NCBI GenBank assembly: GCA_963771015.1
Contig: CAVYRN010000013.1
Location: forward strand, 25,211 to 89,210
Reading direction: 5' to 3'
Length of the DNA stretch: 64,000 nt
Source: an uncultured Actinomycetota bacterium
GTDB lineage: Bacteria; Actinomycetota; Actinomycetes; Actinomycetales; Dermatophilaceae
The notes beneath the pieces were generated by a model. The model made no database searches, had not been told where the DNA came from, and saw only the letters and a list, made by a program, of their open reading frames with translations. A program made the translations under genes and the position numbers. This document shows, piece by piece, positions 50,929 to 59,146 of the stretch. How positions within the stretch are numbered: position 1 is the first letter of the stretch; every line of letters starts with the position of its first letter.

Positions 50929-51594
50929 GTGGGCGACATCTTCGGCACGTACGACATCCTCGGCGCCTTCTGGGTGACCATCCAGCTCGCCGTCCTCTCG
51001 ACGCTGGGCGCTCTGGTCATCGGAACCGTCTTCGCCGTCCTGCGGGTGTCCCCCGTGACGGTGCTCCGGGTGGTCGGGACGAGCTACGTCAACATCGTCA
51101 GGAACACCCCGCTGACGCTCCTCATGGTGTTCAGCGTGCTCGGTCTGACGTTCATCATGGGCCTGGAGATCTCCAACGACCTCTCCCGCAACGCGTACTG
51201 GTGGGCCATCGTCATGCTCGCGGTCTACCACGGGGCGTTCGTCTGCGAGTCGCTGCGCAGCGGGGTCAACACGATCCCCCTCGGTCAGGCCGAGGCCGCC
51301 CGGTCGATCGGGCTGACGTTCGGCCAGTCGCTTCGCGAGGTGCTCCTCCCCCAGGCGTTCCGAGGAGCCATCGCGCCGCTCGGCTCCACCCTCATCGCGC
51401 TCATCAAGAACACGACGGTGGCGGCCGTCATCCTGGGGTCGCGTGAGGCCGCAGGCCTGCTGGCACAGGTGACCGAGAACGAGGGGGCGAGCCTCGGCAC
51501 GTTCTTCTTCTTCGCCCTCGGCTTCGTCGTCCTCACCCTTCCGATCGGGGTCTATCTCACCCGGCTGTCCCAGCGGCTGGCGGTGCAGCGATGA
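50929..51594 (+). CDS. gluC: Amino acid ABC transporter permease
   Basis: GTG at 50929 preceded by GAAGGAG, 221 aa. It has a His/Glu/Gln/Arg-type permease EAA-like loop (GQAEAARSIGLT). Confidence 0.85.
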   Translation: MGDIFGTYDILGAFWVTIQLAVLSTLGALVIGTVFAVLRVSPVTVLRVVGTSYVNIVRNTPLTLLMVFSVLGLTFIMGLEISNDLSRNAYWWAIVMLAVYHGAFVCESLRSGVNTIPLGQAEAARSIGLTFGQSLREVLLPQAFRGAIAPLGSTLIALIKNTTVAAVILGSREAAGLLAQVTENEGASLGTFFFFALGFVVLTLPIGVYLTRLSQRLAVQR

Positions 51595-52547
51595 GCGCCC
51601 TGGCCCTCTTCGACGCGCCGGGACCACGAGCCCGGCGTCGCCATGCCGTCCTCACCGTCATCGGCATCGGGCTCGTCCTCGTCGTCATCGGCCTCGCCGC
51701 GTGGAAGATGAGGCAGGCGAACCAGCTCCAGGGCTATATGTGGAAGCCGTTCGTCACCGACCCGCAGGTGTGGACCGAGTACCTGCTGCGCGGCCTGTGG
51801 GGCACCCTCAAGGCCGCCCTCCTCTCGGTCGTGTTCGCCGGGATCTTCGGGATCATCTTCGGGATGGGACGACTCTCGGCCAACCCCGTCACCCGGTGGG
51901 CATGCGGGATCGTCGTCGAGTTCTTCCGGTCCGTGCCGGTGCTCCTCATGATGGTCTTCGCCTACTTCGGATGGTTCGCCCGGAGCAGCTGGCTGTCGAA
52001 CGACATCGCACCGCTCGCCGCGGTCGTCCTCGCCCTCACCCTCTACAACGGCTCGGTCATCGCCGAGCTGGTCCGCTCCGGGGTGCACTCGCTGCCCAAG
52101 GGACAGTCCGAGGCGGGCCTGTCGATCGGGCTCACCCGGAGCCAGACGCTCCGCTCGATCCAGCTCCCCCAGGCCCTGACGGCGATGCTTCCCGCGCTCA
52201 TCAGCCAGCTCGTCGTCGTTCTCAAGGACAGCGCCCTCGGCACGGTCATCACGTACCAGGAGCTACTCACCTGGTCCAAGACGCTGGGGTCGGCCTACGC
52301 CAACACCGTCCCGGCCTACCTCGTCGCGGCCCTGCTGTTCATCGGGATGAACTACTCGCTGACCAAGATCGCCGCGAAGGCCGAGCGGCAGCTCAGCCGC
52401 CGTGGCCACACCACGGCGACGATGACCACCGAGGCACCGAACATCATCCAGGGGGGCGCCGAGCCCGGTGGCCCGGCCACCGTGGGCGCCGACGTGATCG
52501 CGCACAAGTTCGAGGACATCGCGGAGTCGCGCCACCACCACGAGTGA
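51591..52547 (+). CDS. gluD: Amino acid ABC transporter permease with C-terminal extension
   Basis: ATG overlaps the gluC stop (ATGA). It has the GQSEAGLSIGLT loop and is 318 aa. Confidence 0.85.
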   Translation: MSALALFDAPGPRARRRHAVLTVIGIGLVLVVIGLAAWKMRQANQLQGYMWKPFVTDPQVWTEYLLRGLWGTLKAALLSVVFAGIFGIIFGMGRLSANPVTRWACGIVVEFFRSVPVLLMMVFAYFGWFARSSWLSNDIAPLAAVVLALTLYNGSVIAELVRSGVHSLPKGQSEAGLSIGLTRSQTLRSIQLPQALTAMLPALISQLVVVLKDSALGTVITYQELLTWSKTLGSAYANTVPAYLVAALLFIGMNYSLTKIAAKAERQLSRRGHTTATMTTEAPNIIQGGAEPGGPATVGADVIAHKFEDIAESRHHHE

Positions 52548-52616
52548 CGGCGGCCGCGCCGGCGGTGGGGACCACACCGCGCGGTGTCCGCTTGGTCATG
52601 GTCCGACCCCCCAAGG

Positions 52617-53780
52617 TCAGATCGTGTGGGTCGCGGTGAACGTCGGTGTGTTGGTGAAGGGGTTGCTGGCGGTCGCCGTGGACGAGATCGTCCCCCCGCC
52701 GTTGCCGCTGAGGCCGACGGTGAAGGCGAGATTGCTCGTCGCGGTGTACGGCGCCAGGGAACCCGTCCAGGCGAACGTGTAGACCCGCTCGGACCCCACA
52801 TGGGCCACGCTCTGGTATGCCCACCCGGTCCCGGACACCCCGGTCGGGGCGGCCCCGGAGACCCACGCGTCGGGGAAGGCCACCGTCACCGTCAGCGAGT
52901 TGAGTGTCCGTAGCGTCGAGCCGCCCGCGTTCTGCACCGACAGCTCCCCCGCCAGCGCGGTGGGCCGCCCTTGTCCGTTGTACGCGCTCCCGTAGAAGGT
53001 GTAGAAGGTGAAGCCGATGGTGCTCGTCGCGCCTGCCGACACGGTGATGGCGGCGCTGCAGCTGCTCGTGCTGGCGAGGTTGTAGCCGTCGGCCGGGCTG
53101 TAGGTCGCACGCCAGTGGTAGGTGCCGGCGGCAGGTTGGAGCGCGGCCGTGGCGGCTCCTCCCGACAGGGTCTTGGCGGGGCTCGTGTAGCTGGGGGTGC
53201 CGGTGCACGTCGCGCTGGTGTACAGCGCCAGAACGACCGTCCCGGCCGGCGTGCCATAGCCGGCGTTGCCGCTGACGGTGGCCGTGGCACTGAAGCTGGT
53301 GCCGGAGGTGCCTGTCGTGGGGGTGATGGTGCCGAGCGTCGTCGTCGTCGCCTGCCTGCTGGTGGTCGCCGTCACCGTCGCCGGACTGACCCACGAGTGG
53401 AACGACGCCGCGAGGGTCCAGGTGTACGAGGTGTTCGGGGTCAACGAGGTCGCGGTGCAGCCGGTCGAGGCGGTCGCCGGGGCAGCGGGGCAGCCGGTCA
53501 GCGTGCCCGGGGACTGGCTCAGGACGTATGCCGTCGGCGTGAAGGGAGACGTCCAGGCCAGACCGGCCGAGGTGGCGGTGACCGAGGCGGTCGAGAGGGC
53601 GGGGGTTGCCAACGTGCCTGCCTGGGCCCGGCCGTACGTCCCGGTGGAGGTCACGGTCCAGTAGCTGTAGGCGGGTCCGGCCATGATGACGAGCAACCCG
53701 GCCGTGATGGCCGTGACAAGGCGGCCCCGGACTCGACGGCGGGGAGCCGTCGAGCGTCGCCGGGGCGCGGCCGCCGTCAT
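52617..53780 (-). CDS. Secreted multi-domain protein (FN3-like plus Ig-like) with GPAYSYWT-type signal end; operon gene 4
   Basis: ATG at 53780 overlaps the upstream stop (ATGA). The N-terminus reads RRRVRGRLVTAITAGLLVIMAGPAYSYWTVTSTG. It is followed by an FN3-like segment (SLTPNTSYTW) and an Ig-like segment (GTVVLALYTS..GTYHWRATYSPADGY). Length is 387 aa. The 613-aa track ORF is an over-extension. Confidence 0.65.
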   Translation of the reverse strand: MTAAAPRRRSTAPRRRVRGRLVTAITAGLLVIMAGPAYSYWTVTSTGTYGRAQAGTLATPALSTASVTATSAGLAWTSPFTPTAYVLSQSPGTLTGCPAAPATASTGCTATSLTPNTSYTWTLAASFHSWVSPATVTATTSRQATTTTLGTITPTTGTSGTSFSATATVSGNAGYGTPAGTVVLALYTSATCTGTPSYTSPAKTLSGGAATAALQPAAGTYHWRATYSPADGYNLASTSSCSAAITVSAGATSTIGFTFYTFYGSAYNGQGRPTALAGELSVQNAGGSTLRTLNSLTVTVAFPDAWVSGAAPTGVSGTGWAYQSVAHVGSERVYTFAWTGSLAPYTATSNLAFTVGLSGNGGGTISSTATASNPFTNTPTFTATHTI

Positions 53781-54352
53781 TGCCGCACCGTGACGGTCAC
53801 GGGGATCCGGAACGAGGCCCCCTGGCAACCCGACGCCGACGCGGTGCTCATCAACGCCCCCGCGGGCACGTGGACCACGGACGTGGCTCCGCCCGCAACC
53901 GGGATGCTCAACGCGGTCAAGGAGGCCACCGAGACGCCGGAGTTGCCGCTTGTTCCCGGCCAGGCCGGGTCGCTGGTGCACCCGGCCCCGCCCTGGACGC
54001 TCACCCCGCCGCCCTGGGAGACACTCACGATGGTCACCGGGGCCGGGTTCGGGTTCGTCACGTTCAGCAGCAGATCCGCGCTGGTTCCCGGCATCAGGGA
54101 GGACGACGGCGAGCCGGTCACCGCGGACAGGATCGCCAGGGGCTGCAGGCTGCCGGTGGTGGCCGTACCCGGGCCCGCACCGACCAGTGCCGTGAAGTAT
54201 CCGAACGCCGGTCCGGTCACCAGACCCACGGCAAGGACCGACGTGCCGGCGGTGTACAGCGCCCGTTTCCGCAGACGCGGCAGCCGACGCCCGGTCACCG
54301 CCGGTCTCCGGTGCCGCCCGGCCACGGCGCCTCTCCGATGCCGCCCGGTCAC
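53777..54352 (-). CDS. Secreted paralog with GPAFGYFT-type signal end; operon gene 3
   Basis: GTG at 54352 overlaps the upstream stop (GTGA); in-frame alternatives are 54325 and 54298. The signal region reads RLRKRALYTAGTSVLAVGLVTGPAFGYFTA. A Cys pair (GGAGCTSD...SASGCQGASF) is shared with genes 1 and 2. Confidence 0.6.
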   Translation of the reverse strand: MTGRHRRGAVAGRHRRPAVTGRRLPRLRKRALYTAGTSVLAVGLVTGPAFGYFTALVGAGPGTATTGSLQPLAILSAVTGSPSSSLMPGTSADLLLNVTNPNPAPVTIVSVSQGGGVSVQGGAGCTSDPAWPGTSGNSGVSVASLTALSIPVAGGATSVVHVPAGALMSTASASGCQGASFRIPVTVTVRQ

Positions 54353-54966
54353 GGCGACTCCCCCGTCCGGCGCCGGGCGCGGCGGCCAGCGAGAACCAGG
54401 GCCACTCCCCACAGCGACAGGGCCAGCCCGAAGAGCGCCTCGCGGATCGGGTCCGCACCCGTGAACGCGAGCGATCCTGTCGTCTCCGTCTTGTCAGCGG
54501 TCCCGGTGAAGACGAAATGCAGCACCGTCTGCTTGCAGCCGTCCTGGTTGAGCGAGGTGTCCTTCAGCGTGACGGGAAGTCCCGGGCTGAGTGCGCTGCC
54601 CAGCCCGGGCACGGTCAACGTGCCGGCGAACGCGGGCAGATCGAGCTCACCCGACGAACACCCCGACGGGGGCGGTGGGTAGCTCGGGTCGAGGCTCATG
54701 CTCATGGTCCGGACCGTGATGGGAACATCGAGGTAGTTCTCGACCCGGTAGACCAGACAGCGGGTGACGCCCGGCGCCAGCGGTGCCGCCGGCCCGACGC
54801 ACGCAGCGGCCGGGAACGTCATCGACGCGGCGGCGTGCACGGTGCCGCTGATGGAGAACGTTTGGGTCCCGGAGGCCAGCGACCACGACGGCTCGTTCGC
54901 CGCGGGGACCGCTGCCAGGAGCAGCAGGCCGCTCGCCGCAAGACCGGTGAGGGTGCGCGGCGCCAT
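54349..54966 (-). CDS. Cell-wall-anchored paralog with LAFTG sorting signal; operon gene 2
   Basis: ATG at 54966. The signal peptide is MAPRTLTGLAASGLLLLAAVPA. The C-terminus is LAFTG + ADPIREALFGLALSLWGVALVLAG + RRARRR, a classic sortase sorting signal of the LAxTG flavour. Confidence 0.7.
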   Translation of the reverse strand: MAPRTLTGLAASGLLLLAAVPAANEPSWSLASGTQTFSISGTVHAAASMTFPAAACVGPAAPLAPGVTRCLVYRVENYLDVPITVRTMSMSLDPSYPPPPSGCSSGELDLPAFAGTLTVPGLGSALSPGLPVTLKDTSLNQDGCKQTVLHFVFTGTADKTETTGSLAFTGADPIREALFGLALSLWGVALVLAGRRARRRTGESP

Positions 54967-55074
54967 GGCGACGAACCATCGCTGCCCGATCTGGCGCACC
55001 ACCCCTCCTTCCCGCACGACGACGTCGACAACAGGCCGAGCCCATGCGGTGGTCGCATGGGCTCGGCCGACGGC

Positions 55075-55551
55075 CTAGCTGACGGCGTAGGCGAGGTTGA
55101 CGGTGGCTCCCTTGCAGGCGTCCTGGTTGGTGGCCTTGTTGTTGAAGATGATCGTGGCGCCGGTCCATGCGCCCTGCGCCGTTCCGGCGGGCACCTCGGC
55201 GTTGACGGTCATCGCGGCATTGGCCAGGGTGTAGTCGCTCGCGTCGCAGGTCCCTGACGGGGCGCCGACGGCCTTGGTGACGGAGGCGATGCTGGCCGTC
55301 ACTTTCGACACGTAGACCGGGCCGGCATTGGGGTTGTCGAAGCTGCCGGAGAGGGCCTGGGCGGCGACTCCCGGTCCCATGGCGGTCACCGTCGTCGTCT
55401 GCACGACGGTGATGGCCACGGTGGACCCGGTCGCGGCGGAGCCCGTCCCCGAGCCGCCCACCGTCCAGTACGCGAACGCCCCGCCGCTGCCGACCAGCAT
55501 CAGCGCGAGGGTGACCAGGGCGGTCTTCTTCTTCTTCGACCACGTACTCAC
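55075..55551 (-). CDS. Small secreted paralog with GGAFAYWT-type signal end; operon gene 1 (putative major subunit)
   Basis: GTG at 55551 lies 7 nt after GAGAAGGAG. The N-terminus reads STWSKKKKTALVTLALMLVGSGGAFAYWTVGGSGTGSAATG. The Cys pair is SGTCDASD...NQDACKGATV. Length is 158 aa. Confidence 0.65.
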   Translation of the reverse strand: MSTWSKKKKTALVTLALMLVGSGGAFAYWTVGGSGTGSAATGSTVAITVVQTTTVTAMGPGVAAQALSGSFDNPNAGPVYVSKVTASIASVTKAVGAPSGTCDASDYTLANAAMTVNAEVPAGTAQGAWTGATIIFNNKATNQDACKGATVNLAYAVS

Positions 55552-55857
55552 TGCGAACTCCTTCTCGGTGGGCCGGGTCGCCGTGAGAATGTTCAGCTCA
55601 GGTGCCGGTCTTGGTATGGGGCGAGTATCGAAACTTCCTTGCATTGGTAAAGATAGGGCTCGCCCCGCGGGCGGATGCGCGTCCCCGGAGAAGGTGGCTG
55701 AACAGCCGACAAGGGCCTAGCCTGAACGCGGTCAGGCCCATCACCACGTCAGCCGACCGGGACCCGCGGGCCCGGTAGCGGGCCGGCACGAGGGCGGGTC
55801 GGGGAGGGACCTGGAACGACGCGGGCCCCGAACCGCATGGCGCGGTCGGGGCCCTAT

Positions 55858-55893
55858 CGCTCCCCCGGTTGGACTCGAACCAACGATCCGTAT
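55858..55893 (-). other. tRNA 3'-fragment (T-arm plus acceptor 3' strand): candidate att site at the island border
   Basis: The minus strand reads cggatcGTTGGTTCGAGTCCAACCGGGGGAGcg, which is T-stem/loop plus CGGGGGA plus G. No matching 5' acceptor strand, D-arm or anticodon arm follows. A72/G73 would fit a tRNA-Gln-like gene. Confidence 0.5.
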
Positions 55894-56019
55894 TGTTGGA
55901 CTCCTGTGGACACAAGAGGCAGAAGTGGCCTCTGACCTGCGAGAACGTTGGCTGAGACTACGACTCCAACAGTCCGCCAAGTGACGACAGAGGCCACAAA
56001 CCGCCGTACGATCCGATGC

Positions 56020-57255
56020 ATGGCCGATGCAAAATCGCCCCGCCGCCGGTTCGGGCAGCTGGCGCGGATGCGGTCCGGACGGTGGCAGGCACGCTTCACC
56101 GTCCCGCTGGGCCACCCCTCGGGACGTGGCGGTCAGACGATCACCGCGCCGCACACGTTCGAGCCGACGACGTACGGCAAGGAGGCCGCAGGCGACTGGC
56201 TTCGCGACGAGGAACGACGTCTGGTCGCCGAAGGGGCGGCATGGGCCACCCTGGCGGAGCACGCCGCGGCCGAGCGGGCGCAGGCCGAGCGCGCGGCCAT
56301 GGTCACCTTCGCCGAGTTCTCCGCGACGTGGCTTCGGACGCGTCGGACCAAGAACGGACCATTGCAGGAGTCCACGCGACGTGGCTACCGGCTCTGGCTC
56401 GACAAGTACCTCCTGCCGACCCTGGGCGACCTGCCCCTGGACGAGATCACCCCGAGCGTCATCCTGCGGTGGTACGAGGACGCCCTCCCTCACGACAAGC
56501 CGAAGACGACGCGTGAGTGCTACGCCCTGGGGTCGGCCATCATGCGGACGGCGACGGCCGCGGACGGCATGCTGGCTGGAGCCGTGAACCCCTTCAAGAT
56601 CGACGGTGCCGGCTCCATCGGTGCCCGCTCACGCGCCCGTACGGAAGTGCTCGACGACCACGACCTGCGGGTGATCATGTCGACCATCCGGCCCGAATGG
56701 CGGGCCATGGTCGCGCTCGCCCTCGGATGTGGCCTGCGCTTCGGCGAGATCATCGCGCTCCGCCGGTCCGACATCGACCTGAAGGCGAACTCTCCCGTCG
56801 TCCGCATCACTCGCGCCGTGGGCACCGGTCCCGGCGGCCGTCGCTACGAGAAGGACCCAAAGAGCGCCGCCGGAAAGCGGGACCAACGGATACCGGCCTC
56901 CGTCGTCGATGCGTTGGCCGAGCACCTCCGCACCTACGTCACCGGTAGGGACGGGCTACTCTTCCCCGCCCCGGACGGCGGGTGGCTCTCCGAGACCCGG
57001 TTCCGGAAGGCGTCCGGAGGCTGGCTCGCTGTCCGTGAAGCGGTCGGTCGCCCGGTCAACTTCCACGACCTGCGAGCGACCGGCGCCACGCGGATGGCGC
57101 AGCGGGGGGCGCACGTCGACGAGGTCAAGGTGTTCCTCGGGGACAGCTCGACCCAGGCCGCCGAGCGCTATGTCAGAGCAACGCAGAGCCGGATGGACGA
57201 CCTCACCGCGGCCGCGTTCGCAACCGTCGACTTCGGAACCGCTCGCGAACGGTGA
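56020..57255 (+). CDS. int: Tyrosine-type site-specific integrase
   Basis: ATG at 56020, 411 aa. It has an SAM-like N-terminal core-binding domain and the catalytic residues in context: GLRFGE (Arg), HDLRATGAT (His-x-x-Arg), ERY (Tyr). Confidence 0.88.
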   Translation: MADAKSPRRRFGQLARMRSGRWQARFTVPLGHPSGRGGQTITAPHTFEPTTYGKEAAGDWLRDEERRLVAEGAAWATLAEHAAAERAQAERAAMVTFAEFSATWLRTRRTKNGPLQESTRRGYRLWLDKYLLPTLGDLPLDEITPSVILRWYEDALPHDKPKTTRECYALGSAIMRTATAADGMLAGAVNPFKIDGAGSIGARSRARTEVLDDHDLRVIMSTIRPEWRAMVALALGCGLRFGEIIALRRSDIDLKANSPVVRITRAVGTGPGGRRYEKDPKSAAGKRDQRIPASVVDALAEHLRTYVTGRDGLLFPAPDGGWLSETRFRKASGGWLAVREAVGRPVNFHDLRATGATRMAQRGAHVDEVKVFLGDSSTQAAERYVRATQSRMDDLTAAAFATVDFGTARER

Positions 57256-57309
57256 ACCGAAACGGACCGCTACGTGCGGTCCGCGCAGCGGCCGTCGAGA
57301 CCTTCCGGG

Positions 57310-57777
57310 TCAGCGTTCCCACGGTGGTCGCCACTGCCTCGTTGTACGGCGGTCCAGGGCTGCGACCAGCTCGGCGACCGCGGGGGTGAGGGCGGGCAGG
57401 TCGCGGTCGTAGATCCGCCCGGTATCGACGCGGCGGGTGAGGTCTGCGAGGACCTCGACGAACTCTCCGACGCTGCCGGGCAGCACCGGGACCGGGATTT
57501 CTGTGGTGTGGTGCTGGACCACGGTGACGGTCTTGACGGTCTCGACGATGCGGTCCTTGACCTCGACCGCGGCGAACCCGTTGGCGGCCGCGCGGCGCTG
57601 TTCCCAGGCCCGGTGACGGCACGCGGGCGAGCACCATTTCGGCACCCGCCCCCGCGCCGGGACGAGCACGTCCTGGCCGCACCAGCCGCAGGCGACGCTC
57701 TGTCCTGGAGCGCGCGGGGACGACCGTCTCCCGGGACTGGCCGGCCCCTTGTCAGTTGTGTCTGATCGGCCGCTCAT
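57310..57777 (-). CDS. Zinc-ribbon protein, paralog 1 of a divergent pair
   Basis: ATG at 57777, 155 aa. It contains ACGWCGQDVLVPARGRVPKWCSPACRHRAWEQRRAAANG. The upstream 48 codons of the track ORF are doubtful. Confidence 0.6.
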   Translation of the reverse strand: MSGRSDTTDKGPASPGRRSSPRAPGQSVACGWCGQDVLVPARGRVPKWCSPACRHRAWEQRRAAANGFAAVEVKDRIVETVKTVTVVQHHTTEIPVPVLPGSVGEFVEVLADLTRRVDTGRIYDRDLPALTPAVAELVAALDRRTTRQWRPPWER

Positions 57778-57913
57778 GGCCACCTCCCCTGGTCGGCCCT
57801 CGCCGGTCGTTGTCGTCACAACGATAGGACACGCACCGGGGGTGCAAGAGGTGTGTGGAATTCGTCGTGACAGGTTATGGTGCGTCGGTGGCGAGGAGCG
57901 GGGGAAGCGGCTG

Positions 57914-58300
57914 ATGGTCACGGGAGCGCAGGCTGCGGGTCGTCGGGTGCCGGGTCAGGTGCTGGCGTGTGGGTGGTGCGGGCAGCCGGTCACGGTGAAG
58001 GCACGGGGGCCGGTGCCGAAGTGGTGCTCGGCGTCGTGTCGGCAACGAGCCTGGGAGGCGTCCCGGGCCGCGGCCTCGGGGAAGGCCGCGGTGCGGGTGG
58101 TCGACCGGGAGGTGCTGGTGGTCCCTGGGGACGCGGCCGGCTGGGTCCAGCACCTGGGCCTGCTCGCCCGTCAGCTGGGGCAGGGGCCGGCTGTGGTCGC
58201 CGACCACGACCTCGACGGCGTCGCTGACGCGCTCGACATGGTCAGCGACGCGCTGGCCGAGCGGGTGCGGTGGCGGGGCAGGTTCGAACCCTGGGAGTAA
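57914..58300 (+). CDS. Zinc-ribbon protein, paralog 2 of a divergent pair
   Basis: ATG at 57914, 128 aa. It contains ACGWCGQPVTVKARGPVPKWCSASCRQRAWEASRAAASG and is collinear with paralog 1. Confidence 0.6.
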   Translation: MVTGAQAAGRRVPGQVLACGWCGQPVTVKARGPVPKWCSASCRQRAWEASRAAASGKAAVRVVDREVLVVPGDAAGWVQHLGLLARQLGQGPAVVADHDLDGVADALDMVSDALAERVRWRGRFEPWE

Positions 58301-58431
58301 CGCCGCGACGGTCCTTCGGCGAGCCCTCTCGACGACGAGTGGCGGACTCATCTCACCCGGGCAGCCGCCAGCCAGACCACTACTGACATGTGGGACACGT
58401 GATCTCGGCCCCGAGTGTGGCCGTGGCGGCG

Positions 58432-58728
58432 TCAGGCGGTGGCTTCGAAGTGCAGCCGTAGGCCGAGCGCGTGGGCGACTTTCAGGACCGTGGCCAACGA
58501 GGGGTTGCCGTCCGCGGAGAGGGCCTTGTACAGACCTTCGCGACTCATCCCCGCCTCGCGAGCGATCTGGCTGAAGTTGCGGGATCGGGCGATCGCGCCG
58601 AGGGCGGCGGCGATGACCTGGGGGTCGTCGTCGGCGTCGTCGAGGACGGCCTCGAGGTAGGCGGTGACGTCCGCGAAGCTGTTCAGGTAGTCGGCGCTGT
58701 CGAAGGGGGTGAACGTCTCGTCGCTCAT
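58432..58728 (-). CDS. higA: HigA-type antitoxin (HTH, addiction-module antidote)
   Basis: ATG at 58728 overlaps the toxin stop (ATGA). The product contains NFSQIAREAGMSREGLYKALSADGNPSLATVLKVAHALG. Confidence 0.75.
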   Translation of the reverse strand: MSDETFTPFDSADYLNSFADVTAYLEAVLDDADDDPQVIAAALGAIARSRNFSQIAREAGMSREGLYKALSADGNPSLATVLKVAHALGLRLHFEATA

Positions 58729-59030
58729 GGTCGGCTTCCTCTCCATTCGTCAGCGATCTGGTGCGCGGCCCGGATGTCGGCGTCCTGGCTGGACTTGTCA
58801 CCGCCGGTGAGCAGCAGGATGACCCGGTCGCCGTCCTTCAGGTAGTAGATGCGGTAGCCGGGGCCGTAGCTGATCCGCAGTTCGGAGACGCCGCGGCCGA
58901 CGGGTTTGACGTCTCCGGGGTTGCCGGCCGTCAGCCGGTTGATCCGGACCAGTACCCGTGCCCGGGCGCGGGGGTCTTTGAGTCTTCTGAGCCATCGGTC
59001 GAAGGTGCCCGATCGGATGACCTCAACCAT
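58725..59030 (-). CDS. higB: RelE/ParE-superfamily toxin (addiction-module killer, HigB-like; toxin gene first)
   Basis: 101-aa ORF with FDRWLRRLKD..ARARV..RINRL..GNPGDVKPVG.GVSELRI..GPGYRIYY, the killer-protein pattern. Confidence 0.75.
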   Translation of the reverse strand: MVEVIRSGTFDRWLRRLKDPRARARVLVRINRLTAGNPGDVKPVGRGVSELRISYGPGYRIYYLKDGDRVILLLTGGDKSSQDADIRAAHQIADEWRGSRP

Positions 59031-59146
59031 GTGTTAACTGTAGTTGACATCTCTGGCTGCGGCAACACGCGACCCGTCATCCAAGCCGACGTGGACGACG
59101 TAGGTCGACCGGCGACCGAAGACGCAGCCGGTCGGCCTTCACATCG

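Noticed and set aside
52617-54458. Single 613-aa protein spanning operon genes 3 and 4.
   Set aside because: The first 226 residues are Arg/Gly/Pro-rich and out of frame with the well-formed gene 3. A clean ATG with signal peptide at 53780 overlaps the gene 3 stop (ATGA), so I split the ORF.
55858-55980. Complete tRNA, or a long-arm tRNA-Sec (fdhD is present in the window), at the island border.
   Set aside because: Only a T-arm and the 3' acceptor strand can be folded. The complementary 5' acceptor strand (TCCCCCG) is absent within 100 nt. No D-arm exists and no UCA/other anticodon loop can be drawn. The gttggactc segment is merely duplicated once (55869 and 55894).
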